Positions 26,988 through 36,316 of a DNA stretch of 57,746 nucleotides are shown in pieces. The DNA is taken from positions 1 through 57,746 of the forward strand of contig JAXGNF010000007.1 of NCBI GenBank assembly GCA_040768135.1, given 5' to 3'. Source of the DNA: Thermoleophilia bacterium (GTDB lineage: Bacteria > Actinomycetota > Thermoleophilia > RBG-16-64-13). The notes below the pieces were generated by a model, which ran no database searches, was not told the DNA's origin, and saw only the letters and a program-made list of their open reading frames with translations. Each line of letters starts with the position of its first letter. The stretch's first letter is position 1. Made by a program: the position numbers and the translations under genes.

Positions 26988-29527
26988 TCCTCGTAGTCCG
27001 CCTCCCCCGCCACATAGGCAGGAATACTGCGTGCCTCTAGTTTAGCGTCTCCCGAATGCGGCCGTTCTACACCTAAAGCGTCAAGGATCGACGCAGCCCG
27101 TTCCAAGTCGGACCACGTGAGGACCACCCGCGCCTCCTGCCACCCTATTTCAGCGGCGCGCGTGAAAAGACGGACCCGCGTGCGCTCTCCTTCCTGCCCG
27201 GCCCTGAAAAGACACACCATGGCGAACCGGGGATGCACCAGATAGCGGAGTAGGCGGACCGTTTCGCTCCGTTCGTCGTCTCCGTAGTACAGGTGGACGG
27301 AGCACCCTTCGGTCTCCATCCGATGCAGGGCGGCCACATGCTCCGGCCGGAACGGGGGCCCTGCAGCCACCGCATGGTCCCAAGGGGAGGTAGCTTCGTA
27401 GAGCCGGTCCATGCATTCCCACTCCACCAAAGCGACGCGTGCTTGGGCCACGAGGGCGAGTCGCTCGTGATTACTCCCCCGGCCAACGCAGCAGACTTCG
27501 TCACCCCATATCTCCCCCAACCCCAGCCGCCCCCCGAGCGCCGCCCACGCCTGCGGAAGCGAGCACGCGGCAAGCATGACCCGCTCCCCTGAAGCCAATA
27601 CCTGCGCCATCGCGCCGGCCACCCCGCGAGACCCACGGGCATCTCTCGCACCGGCCGGCATGAGCACCGGACGTTCTCCAACGCCTATCGATCCATGTAT
27701 ATCGACCCGACGAGCACCGGCCGGGCAAACCGCGTCCTCACTCACCGATGGCTCCACCGGCTTCACGTACCCGCAGCCGGCCGCCCATCCCATCGAGCGA
27801 TCGCCTTCATCCCCAGCAGGCCCAACACGATCAAGCAGGAACTCGGGGCGCAACGTACCCTGCCATTCGTTCACCCGCAATTCGACGCCCAGCACGCGCG
27901 GTCCGGGTGCTTCTCGTACGGCGGATACCGCGGTGCCCATTCCAAAACCGATAGCCCGCGCCCTCACTCCGTCGACGGATACCATGCATCGCAGATGAGC
28001 GCCGTTGCGGGTCGTCTCCGCCTGCTGGAGCTCAGCCCCCACCAACACCAGCCTCGGTCTCGGATTACCGCTACCGAAAGGACCAAGCGCCGCCAGAGCC
28101 GTGGCCGTGTCGGCATTCACATCCTCTCCCCTGAGAACAGCGTCAGCCCGATAGGCGGCAACAAAGTCAACTGGTCGAAGGACCCCGCCTGCGTGCGCTT
28201 CGATCGCGCGACTGAACCCTGTGACCCCTTCGGCCGGCAGTGTCAGCCCCGCCGCCTGACTGTGTCCCCCATAGACCGTCAGGTGGTCCGCGCAGGCGCT
28301 CAAGCCACTCACAAGATCGTATGCAGAGATGCTGCGCCCCGAGCCTTTGGCCACTCCGTCGCGCACCCCAAGCAGAATCGTAGGGCGGTGATAACGCTCA
28401 ACCAGCCGCGATGCAACGATGCCGACCACGCCTTCGTGCCACTCGGGCCCGGCCAGTACCAGGATGGGGGGCAAATCGGCCAGTTCTTCAACCTGTCTCA
28501 GCGCCTCCTCCAGCATCTGCCGCTCTACATCTTGGCGGGCACCGTTGAGTTCATGGAGCGTAGCAGCCAAAGCTGTTGCCTCGTCTTCGTCATCGGTCAA
28601 CAACAGGCGAAGCGGAGGCGAAGAATCGGCCAGGCGTCCGGCAGCATTGAGCCGGGGAGCCAACCGGTAGGCGACCGCTCCCGAATCCACCACTCCCGCA
28701 CAGCCCGCGACTTCCGAAAGAGCACGCAGTCCCACACGCCGCCCGATGGCGATGAGCTTCAGGCCCTCTTTGACGTAATATCGATTCTCACCCTGCAGCG
28801 ACGCGAGGTCGGCTATGGTGCCGAGTGCCACCAGATCAAGCAGGTCGTGTAGATTCGGGGGTAGGACGTCACCCTCCGCCCCCGATCGGCGGATGTGTAG
28901 GGCATGCATCACCTTGAGGGCCAAACCCACACCACACAGGTCTCCGTGGGGGTATTCACCCACCGTCTCATGAATAAGATGGCAATCAGGCAGTCTCGGA
29001 CCCGGCCGGTGGTGGTCGATGACGATCACATCGAGTCCCACGTCGCGGGCGTAGGCGACCTCGTCCGGGTAGTTGACTCCGCAGTCCACGGTGATGAGAA
29101 CACCGGGTCCGCCGGCGGAGATGGCATCGACCGCCTGACGGGACAGGCCGTAGCCCTCATTGAAGCGGCTGGGCAGGTACCAATCCGCTTCTAGGCCCAG
29201 ATCGCGGAGACCCAACACCATCACCGCTGTTGCCGTGATGCCGTCGGCATCATAATCGCCGTGTATGACGACTCGCCGCTTCTCGTCCACGGCACGGGAG
29301 ATCGTATCTACCGCTTCTTCCATATGCCCGAACAGGAAGGGGTCGGGCAAGGGGAAGTCACATTCGAGGAAGCGTCGGGCCGTCTCGGAATCGGTAAAAC
29401 CCCTGGCGGCCAACACCATGGCGGCTACCAGGGGCAGGCCTAAATCAGCGGCCAGCTTCTGGGCCGCCCGCCATGGATAAGGATTGACCGTCCACACCGG
29501 ACGGTCGGCAGACCATAGACCATTCAT
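26960..29527 (-). CDS. recJ: Single-stranded-DNA exonuclease RecJ with long C-terminal extension
   Basis: GDYDADG, IDHH, PRLNAAGRL, GGHSQAAG, PFGSGNP; start ATG 29527. Confidence 0.93.
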   Translation of the reverse strand: MNGLWSADRPVWTVNPYPWRAAQKLAADLGLPLVAAMVLAARGFTDSETARRFLECDFPLPDPFLFGHMEEAVDTISRAVDEKRRVVIHGDYDADGITATAVMVLGLRDLGLEADWYLPSRFNEGYGLSRQAVDAISAGGPGVLITVDCGVNYPDEVAYARDVGLDVIVIDHHRPGPRLPDCHLIHETVGEYPHGDLCGVGLALKVMHALHIRRSGAEGDVLPPNLHDLLDLVALGTIADLASLQGENRYYVKEGLKLIAIGRRVGLRALSEVAGCAGVVDSGAVAYRLAPRLNAAGRLADSSPPLRLLLTDDEDEATALAATLHELNGARQDVERQMLEEALRQVEELADLPPILVLAGPEWHEGVVGIVASRLVERYHRPTILLGVRDGVAKGSGRSISAYDLVSGLSACADHLTVYGGHSQAAGLTLPAEGVTGFSRAIEAHAGGVLRPVDFVAAYRADAVLRGEDVNADTATALAALGPFGSGNPRPRLVLVGAELQQAETTRNGAHLRCMVSVDGVRARAIGFGMGTAVSAVREAPGPRVLGVELRVNEWQGTLRPEFLLDRVGPAGDEGDRSMGWAAGCGYVKPVEPSVSEDAVCPAGARRVDIHGSIGVGERPVLMPAGARDARGSRGVAGAMAQVLASGERVMLAACSLPQAWAALGGRLGLGEIWGDEVCCVGRGSNHERLALVAQARVALVEWECMDRLYEATSPWDHAVAAGPPFRPEHVAALHRMETEGCSVHLYYGDDERSETVRLLRYLVHPRFAMVCLFRAGQEGERTRVRLFTRAAEIGWQEARVVLTWSDLERAASILDALGVERPHSGDAKLEARSIPAYVAGEADYEECSRFCLTL

Positions 29528-29585
29528 CTCAACGACACTATACCGAGCGGAGCGGACGCTGTGGGCTAACCCGGTCGGATGCCGG

Positions 29586-31271
29586 TCACAAGCGTCCCGA
29601 ACGGATGATGGCGTAAATAAGCCAGACTCCAAAGAAAAAGGAGCCTGCGAAGCCCGGCAGACCCCACACCGACAGACCGGCTACCTGAGGGCCGCTCTCC
29701 ACCACAATCCCCACCGCCGTACCGGTGATCCCAAGCGCGATGGTCACGAGCGCCACCACCAACCGGTTCGTGATGATGTCGAGTCTGTGGGTGATCTCCT
29801 CCAAACCCGTGTGCCTGTATTTGACCTCGAGCTCCCCGAGTCGGAGTCTCTCTAGTACGTCATGTACCTGAAATGGGTATCCACTGAGGACGTCGGCGTA
29901 TTCGGCCGCGTATCTTTGCAGGCGGAGGGGGAATGTACGTGGATCGACCAGCCGTCGCTTCAGGTCGCCCGTGTAGCGCCCGGCCACTTCGAATAGGTTC
30001 AAGTCGGGGTCGAGTTGGCTGACGACTCCCTCGAGTGTAAGTACAGCCTTGTCCAGAAGTAGGAATCTGGTGGGGAGACGGAGTTGTAACGAATACACGA
30101 GTCCAAAGACCTGCTGGAACAAGGCCCGCATATCGATGCTTTTGAGCGATGTGCCAAAATAGCGGGCGAAAGCCTCTTCGATGGCCTGAGTGACCAGATC
30201 GTCCACCGACGGACTCCACCCGATGCCCAGCCGCCTGAGGGAGCGCTTGATGCCGGGGATGTCCGAGCGCATCACATAGAGAAAGAGTCTCGTGCCGTCC
30301 TCCAGGTCGTCGGCCCGCAAAGAACCGGCCATGCCGAAATCGATGAGGCCGATCTTTCCCGGTCCTAGATACACGATGTTGGCCGGGTGAGGGTCTGCGT
30401 GGAAGAAGCCGTCGTACAAGATCTGCTTGAACCAGCAAGACGCGATCAATTCGGCCAAGCCCTTCCGTTCACCGAGAGGCAGTGCGGCAACCTCCGGGCT
30501 ATTGAACGTAGGGCCTTCGACCCGCTCCATGGTAAGGACGCGGTTGCTACAGTACCGCGGGAAAACCTTGGGGATACATACGGCCCCGTTGTCTTTGAGA
30601 TTATCGGCGAAGCGGACGGCGTTACGGGCCTCAAGAACATAATCCAGCTCGCGGTCGATCGATCGAGAGAACTCGCCTACCAGGTCGACCGCCGAAAACC
30701 CCAGGTTCATCCGGTGATCGGCCAAGTCGGCGAATCCCATCAGCATGTCGACGTCTTTGCGGATCTGTCGGGAGGCTTCCGGTCTCTGCACCTTGACCAC
30801 CACCCTCTGCCCACCGGGGAGAACGGCCCCGTGCACCTGGCCGATGGAGGCCGATGCAAGGGGCTCAGAGTCAAAGCTCTCGAAGGCGCGGGCCAGCGTG
30901 AGACCGAGCTCTTCCTCAACCACCTGTTTGGCTACGGAGAATGGGAACGGGCCAACAGCGTCCTGGAGTTTGACCAGCTCTTCGACGATATCCGGCGGGA
31001 CGATGTCGGGCCGCGTGCTGAGGAGTTGACCGAACTTGACAAATGTGGGGCCGAGTTCGTCCAGCATCTCCCGGACATGACGACCTCGTTGCGGCGGAGG
31101 CTGCGGAGCACCCTTACGTCTCTGCGAGGGCAGTCCGAGAAAACGGCGTCTCTCGAAGAGATAGCCGAAGCCATGGCGGACCACCACTCCGGAGATCTCC
31201 CGCATGCGCCCCAGGTAACGCAGCCGGGCGATCAGGTTAGGGCGTCTCATCCGCAGTCTCGGCAAGGCCAC
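29586..31271 (-). CDS. ABC1/AarF/UbiB-family atypical protein kinase
   Basis: LGPTFVKFGQLLSTRPD, ASASIGQVH, VKVQRP, FHADPHPAN, DFG; C-terminal TMs. Confidence 0.93.
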   Translation of the reverse strand: MALPRLRMRRPNLIARLRYLGRMREISGVVVRHGFGYLFERRRFLGLPSQRRKGAPQPPPQRGRHVREMLDELGPTFVKFGQLLSTRPDIVPPDIVEELVKLQDAVGPFPFSVAKQVVEEELGLTLARAFESFDSEPLASASIGQVHGAVLPGGQRVVVKVQRPEASRQIRKDVDMLMGFADLADHRMNLGFSAVDLVGEFSRSIDRELDYVLEARNAVRFADNLKDNGAVCIPKVFPRYCSNRVLTMERVEGPTFNSPEVAALPLGERKGLAELIASCWFKQILYDGFFHADPHPANIVYLGPGKIGLIDFGMAGSLRADDLEDGTRLFLYVMRSDIPGIKRSLRRLGIGWSPSVDDLVTQAIEEAFARYFGTSLKSIDMRALFQQVFGLVYSLQLRLPTRFLLLDKAVLTLEGVVSQLDPDLNLFEVAGRYTGDLKRRLVDPRTFPLRLQRYAAEYADVLSGYPFQVHDVLERLRLGELEVKYRHTGLEEITHRLDIITNRLVVALVTIALGITGTAVGIVVESGPQVAGLSVWGLPGFAGSFFFGVWLIYAIIRSGRL

Positions 31272-31378
31272 TCCCCTCCGGGCGCCGGTACGTCCGACCC
31301 AGGCGCAACCCTAGACTGCCCTTGACAGAACACAAGGGTCGATCTCTCCATAATGCCTGCAGCCCCTCTCGGGCTGAG

Positions 31379-31780
31379 TTAAGCGCCTGGCTCCCCTTCT
31401 GCCTGTGCGTCGGCGGCTTTTTCTAGGAGTTGTACACGCATCTCAAGTTGTCGCACCCGAAACTCTAGATCTTCGAGTTCGCGTTTAGTCGTCAACCCGA
31501 TATCGTGATAAGTCCCCTGGAGAGATGAATCGGCCCTCTTGAGTACCGAGCGGGCTTCTTCCCGAGTGCGGCTGACGAGTCGCTCTACGACTTCTCGCCC
31601 TTCCTCGCCGCTCAGTTGGCCTCTACGCACCAGATCTTCGACCAGTTCTTGCAACCGATCCTTGGTCAGAGCCGCCGCCCCCATACCTGCTAGGAACGTC
31701 TTCTCGATAAGCTCCCTGATGCTCCGCTCTGTGAAGCTCCTGGAGTCGCCCGCATTCTTGCTCTCGTTCGCTTCGGTCAC
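31379..31780 (-). CDS. Phasin-like coiled-coil protein
   Basis: FLAGMGAAALT.DRLQELVEDLVRRGQLS.EEG pattern; typical ABC1-kinase neighbour. Confidence 0.75.
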   Translation of the reverse strand: MTEANESKNAGDSRSFTERSIRELIEKTFLAGMGAAALTKDRLQELVEDLVRRGQLSGEEGREVVERLVSRTREEARSVLKRADSSLQGTYHDIGLTTKRELEDLEFRVRQLEMRVQLLEKAADAQAEGEPGA

Positions 31781-31791
31781 GGTGCCCCTCC

Positions 31792-32898
31792 CTATCGAGT
31801 CGTACGCTTACCGCCCTTGGCCGCCGGTCGCTTGCTTGAAGTCTTTCCTTTCTTGGGTCTCTGCGAAACCTTGCCCTGGGCAGGCTTCTGGGCGGCCGCT
31901 TTGCCGCTTGGAGCAGTCTTGTTGATCTTAGCAGGAGCCCCTGACGAGGCCGGCGTCTCCTGGACCACCACTTCGTCTTCGAGGATCACACCACCGCCCG
32001 CCGCAGCCGCGACAAGGCGCTTGCGGTAACGCGGCTCCCTCTCCTTCCACAGCACGGCCAGCGGGGTGGCCACGAAGAAAGAGGAGTACGTCCCCGCAAC
32101 GAACCCTATGGTGAGGGCAAATGCGAAGTCCTTCAGGGTCGGCCCTCCGAAGGCCAGAATAGCCAGTAGGGGCAGCAGGACGCAGATCGTGGTATTGATT
32201 GACCGTACCAGCGTCTGTCTGATGGACAGGTCGGCCATCTCCGAGTAGGTCTCCTTCTTCATGAAGTGCGCGTTCTCGCGCATGCGGTCGAATATGACGA
32301 TGGTGTCGTGCACCGAATACCCCAAGATGGTCAAAACGGCGGCCAGTGTGGCAGCCGTTACCAGACGGTGGGTTGCGGCATAGATGCCCAAGGTGAGGCC
32401 GACATCATGGACGAGGGCCACGATGGCCGGAATGGCGAATTTGAATTCAAAGCGCAGGGTCAAGTACGCAATGATCGCCACTACCGCGATGGCGATGGCA
32501 ATGAAGGCCCGGTTGGTCGTCTCTTTGCTGAAGCTGCCCCCGACTTGCTCCACCCCGACAGACCCCTCGGCAACCCCATAACGATCGCCCAGTGCGGCCA
32601 GGACTTGGTTCTGCTGTTCTTCAGTCATCTCCTCGGCGGTGATCAGAAAAGCGTTGGTTCCGCTCGTCCCGCTGACCGATTGCACCACCGGCTTCTGCAC
32701 ACCTAGTCCGGTCACCTGCGAACGCACGTCATCGACAGTCGCCGCCTGCTCCAGCCCGACCTGCATCCGCACACCGCCCGCAAAATCGATACCCAGATCC
32801 AGGCGGATGACAAAAACCGTGATGATGGCGAACACCGTGACCAGGCTCAGACTGATCAGGAACCACCATTTGTAGCGCATGAAAGGAATGACTCTCAT
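31792..32898 (-). CDS. secF: Protein translocase subunit SecF
   Basis: LGIDFAGG, ALVHD, GYSVHDTIVIFDRMRE, RSINT; Lys-rich tail. Confidence 0.95.
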   Translation of the reverse strand: MRVIPFMRYKWWFLISLSLVTVFAIITVFVIRLDLGIDFAGGVRMQVGLEQAATVDDVRSQVTGLGVQKPVVQSVSGTSGTNAFLITAEEMTEEQQNQVLAALGDRYGVAEGSVGVEQVGGSFSKETTNRAFIAIAIAVVAIIAYLTLRFEFKFAIPAIVALVHDVGLTLGIYAATHRLVTAATLAAVLTILGYSVHDTIVIFDRMRENAHFMKKETYSEMADLSIRQTLVRSINTTICVLLPLLAILAFGGPTLKDFAFALTIGFVAGTYSSFFVATPLAVLWKEREPRYRKRLVAAAAGGGVILEDEVVVQETPASSGAPAKINKTAPSGKAAAQKPAQGKVSQRPKKGKTSSKRPAAKGGKRTTR

Positions 32899-34301
32899 GA
32901 CCGGCTCCCCTCATCCGGACGTAGAACTATGGCTCCTTTCACGTGCAGGCCGAGAAGTCTGAGGTTGCGGAACGGCTTCCATCCACTGAGCAAGAAGAGC
33001 ATCGACCGCGTAACCAATACTGCCGTGAAGAATGAGAGCGCCACTCCGATGCCGAGCGTCAGAGCGAATCCCTTGATGCCGCCCGATGCGGCCCAGAAAA
33101 GGATGATGGCGGTGATTATGGTAGTCATGTTGCAGTCGAACACCGCTCTGAAAGCCTTGTTGAAACCGGCAATGTAGGCCGCGCCCACCGTCTTGCCAGC
33201 AGCCACTTCATCGCGCATGCGCGCGAAAACCAGAACGTTCACGTCGACCGCCATGCCGAAGGTGAGGATCATCCCGGCGATGCCGGGCAGGGTCATGGTC
33301 ACTCCGATGCCGTTCAAGATCCCCAAGAAGAGCACGGCGTAGACCATGAGAGCGAGGTCGGCCACCAAACCCAGCAGACGGTAGTACGCCACCATGAATA
33401 CCATGACGAGCAGCACCCCTATGCCGCCCGCAAGAAGAGCCTGATTGAGAGCCGACTGGCCGAGCGTAGCCCCGACCGTGTTCTGGCTCACCGGCACGAG
33501 GTCCACGGGCAGAGCACCGGTCTGCAAGACCAAGGCGAGCTTCTTGGTCTCTGCCGTTGTGAACTTGCCCGTTATCTCGGCGTTGCCACCACTAATCTGT
33601 TCGAGCACCCGCGGAGCCGATTCCACGTAGTTGTCCAGGACGATGGCCAGCAACTGGTCCTCTCCGGTGATCTGGGTAGTCTCGGCCATTCTCTTGGTCA
33701 CCTGGGAGAACAGCTCAGCCCCCTCGTCGTTGAACTGCATATCGACCTTGGGCTTGTTGAACTGGTCGAAGGAGGCCTGGGCCCCCTTCAACATGGAGCC
33801 GTCGAGGGCAGGCGCCGCCGTCACGACGAACCATTGATCGCCTCTATTGCCCACCTCGGTGGACCAATGGACGATTTTGGTGCCTGCCGGCAGTTCTTCT
33901 TCTGAGGTTACGCCCGCCGCCTCGAGGACCGCGGCCTGGCTGGAGTAGGGTTGACCAAAGTCCTTCACGTTATAGAACTCTAAGACCGCCGTCTTGCCGA
34001 TGATCTCGAGCGCTTCTTCAGGATTGTCGATCCCTGGAAGTTGCACACTAATCTTCGTCTGCCCCTGACGCTGGATCTCGGGTTCGGCCACTCCCAACTT
34101 GTTGACGCGGTTCTGGATGATATTGACCGCCTGATCCATCTGATCGCCGCTAGCGTCCTTCGCTTCAAGGATGACGGCGAGGCCCCCCTGAAGATCCAAT
34201 CCGAGGTTGGTCTTAGAAACCGGGAACGCAAAATAAGCAGCGACCCCGAGCAGGATGGCTACTACCACTAATATCCCAGCATCACGTTGTACTCTGGACA
34301 A
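32895..34301 (-). CDS. secD: Protein translocase subunit SecD
   Basis: LGLDLQGG, RVNKLGVAEP, TGALP, TLPGIAG, AVDVNVL. Confidence 0.95.
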   Translation of the reverse strand: MSRVQRDAGILVVVAILLGVAAYFAFPVSKTNLGLDLQGGLAVILEAKDASGDQMDQAVNIIQNRVNKLGVAEPEIQRQGQTKISVQLPGIDNPEEALEIIGKTAVLEFYNVKDFGQPYSSQAAVLEAAGVTSEEELPAGTKIVHWSTEVGNRGDQWFVVTAAPALDGSMLKGAQASFDQFNKPKVDMQFNDEGAELFSQVTKRMAETTQITGEDQLLAIVLDNYVESAPRVLEQISGGNAEITGKFTTAETKKLALVLQTGALPVDLVPVSQNTVGATLGQSALNQALLAGGIGVLLVMVFMVAYYRLLGLVADLALMVYAVLFLGILNGIGVTMTLPGIAGMILTFGMAVDVNVLVFARMRDEVAAGKTVGAAYIAGFNKAFRAVFDCNMTTIITAIILFWAASGGIKGFALTLGIGVALSFFTAVLVTRSMLFLLSGWKPFRNLRLLGLHVKGAIVLRPDEGSRS

Positions 34302-34382
34302 AGGCGCACCTTCCTAGGGAGCGATTTAGTTCGATCATCGGTCTCGGAGTCGCGGTCCAGCGAGATCGAGCCATGGTTGCTA

Positions 34383-34412
34383 AAAATATGCCAATGCGGC
34401 GGCCGGTGTCAA
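34383..34412 (-). promoter_or_regulatory. Putative internal promoter for secDF
   Basis: TTGACA-N18-TATTTT. Confidence 0.4.
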
Positions 34413-34477
34413 TGCACTCCAGCCCTAGGCCGGGCGGGCAGTCCACCGTCTTACCCCGCTCAGAACTAGTACTCGGC

Positions 34478-35014
34478 CTAGTCTTCTTCTTCCTCGTTCT
34501 CGTTGTCGTCGAGGTCCTCTTCGCCTTCGTCGAAGTTCTCTTCGATCTCAGCGGCCTCTTCGGGTTCTTCTTCGCCTTCGTCGAAATCCCCTTCGACCTC
34601 TTCGACCTCTTCTTCGATCTCAGTCGGTTCCTCTTCGCCCTCTTCCGCCGAGTACTCTTCGATCTCCTCGAAATCCGGTTCTTCGATCTCGGCCCGAGCC
34701 CGTTTGCCGCGGCCACTCGACGCACCCTCGGGAGCGACTCTGCGCGCCTGCGCTTTGTCTCTGATGATCTCGACTACGGCCCGACGGGCGATCTTCATGT
34801 TGACGCCCTTGGCGACCTCGACGACCACGAAGTTCTCTTCGACGCGCTTCACTTTGCCGTATATCCCCGCAGACGTTACGACACTGTCGCCCTTCTTAAG
34901 CGACGCCAGCAGCGCGGCATGGGCCCTTCGCTGCCTCTGCTGCGGTCGGATTGCCATGAAGTAGAAAATGGCGATGAACGCGACCACATAGATGATCAAC
35001 ATGTAGTTGCCCAA
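34478..35014 (-). CDS. yajC: Preprotein translocase subunit YajC with long acidic tail
   Basis: FYFMAIRPQ, LKKGDSVVTSAGIYGKV; about 70-aa Glu/Asp tail. Confidence 0.92.
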   Translation of the reverse strand: MGNYMLIIYVVAFIAIFYFMAIRPQQRQRRAHAALLASLKKGDSVVTSAGIYGKVKRVEENFVVVEVAKGVNMKIARRAVVEIIRDKAQARRVAPEGASSGRGKRARAEIEEPDFEEIEEYSAEEGEEEPTEIEEEVEEVEGDFDEGEEEPEEAAEIEENFDEGEEDLDDNENEEEED

Positions 35015-35086
35015 CCGGCCCTCCTTGTCGAGCCCCGCCCACCTGTGTGCGGGCGGACGCGGAGTTTTGATAGGTGACGCGCTATG

Positions 35087-36226
35087 TTACCACGCAGCAC
35101 GCTCCCGCCTGCGAAATGCCGAGAACGTCCCGGATATTATCGCTTCCCGGGCTCGGCGCACCAACCTACTCAGAAAGACCAGGTTGTGTTCCGTTAGAAG
35201 CATGAGCCCCAGGATCTCCTTCTGCATCACGAAATGCCGCAGAGCTCCTCGTGAAAAACCCCGACATGCCGTGCAGGGACAACCCTCTTCCAGCGGTCCC
35301 TCCACTAAGGCATGTTCGGCGTTGCGGAGGTTGAGCCGCCCCTCGCGGGTGAAGGCCGTGCCCATCCTCGCGATCCTGGTGGGCAGTACGCAGTCGAAGA
35401 TGTCGACTCCTCGAGCAATGACTTCTAGGAGCCCATCCGGGTCACCGATACCCATGAAATAGCGGAGCCTATCCTGCGGAAGTAATGAAACCGTCCACTC
35501 TGTCGTATCCAACATGGCCTGCCGATCTTCGCCTACGGTCAGACCTCCGATGGCGTAGCCGGGGAAGCCTATTTCCTGGAGGCGCTCCGCACTTCGCCGT
35601 CTGAGCACCTCGGACACCCCGCCCTGCACGATGCCGAGCAGCATCTGGGGCCCATCGGTCCCCACTCCTTCGCGTCTCTGGTGCGCGGCCTTACACCCGG
35701 CCGCCCACACCGACGTCCGCTCCACCGCCTCTGCCACCTCGCCTTCGGTAGCCGTCCCCGGTGGGCATTGGTCGAGACACATGACCAGATCGGCCCCCAA
35801 GGCCGCCTGTTCAGCCATGGCCCTCTCCGGCGTGAACACATGCTTGGACCCGTCATATATGGAGCGGAACTCCACCCCACCGTCATTGATATGGGCGGTG
35901 TCACGCAGGCTGAACACCTGGTATCCGCCGCTGTCGGTGAGGATAGGTCCCTCCCACTGCATGAAGCGGTGCAGCCCGCCCAGCCGCCGCACCACATCGC
36001 TACCGGGCCGCAGCGCCAGGTGGTACGTGTTTGCCAGGATTATCTGGGCCCCCGTAGCCTTCAAGCGCTCTGGAGAGACGGCTTTGACCGTCCCCTTCGT
36101 ACCCACGGGCATGAAACAAGGAGTAAGGACCGTTCCTCGTGGTGTCTCGATACGCCCAGCACGCGCGCATCCATCCTGAGCTTCGACTATGAACGGGAAG
36201 TCCGGCAGTCCGTCAAATGTGTTCAT
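35087..36226 (-). CDS. tgt: tRNA-guanine transglycosylase
   Basis: FMPVGT, NTYHL, TDSGG, DQCP, GIVQGG, GGLTVGE, DCVLPTR, CPCTAC. Confidence 0.97.
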   Translation of the reverse strand: MNTFDGLPDFPFIVEAQDGCARAGRIETPRGTVLTPCFMPVGTKGTVKAVSPERLKATGAQIILANTYHLALRPGSDVVRRLGGLHRFMQWEGPILTDSGGYQVFSLRDTAHINDGGVEFRSIYDGSKHVFTPERAMAEQAALGADLVMCLDQCPPGTATEGEVAEAVERTSVWAAGCKAAHQRREGVGTDGPQMLLGIVQGGVSEVLRRRSAERLQEIGFPGYAIGGLTVGEDRQAMLDTTEWTVSLLPQDRLRYFMGIGDPDGLLEVIARGVDIFDCVLPTRIARMGTAFTREGRLNLRNAEHALVEGPLEEGCPCTACRGFSRGALRHFVMQKEILGLMLLTEHNLVFLSRLVRRAREAIISGTFSAFRRRERAAW

Positions 36227-36316
36227 ATCGTCACTTCTCGTTCATCTCGGTACTTCGTGTGCATCTCGGCATTTCGTGTGCATCTCGGCATTTCTCGTTC
36301 ATCTCGTCATTTCGTG
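36222..36316. repeat. Five tandem 19-bp units spanning the queA stop and tgt start
   Basis: - strand units CACGAAATGACGAGATGAA / CGAGAAATGCCGAGATGCA / CACGAAATGCCGAGATGCA / CACGAAGTACCGAGATGAA / CGAGAAGTGACGATATGAA. Confidence 0.9.

Noticed and set aside
31322-31354. TTGACA..CATAAT promoter on +
   Set aside because: The 21-bp spacer is too long and it points antisense to the genes.
24578-36316. CRISPR array interpretation of the two repeat tracts
   Set aside because: Units are contiguous with no unique spacers, and there are no cas genes.
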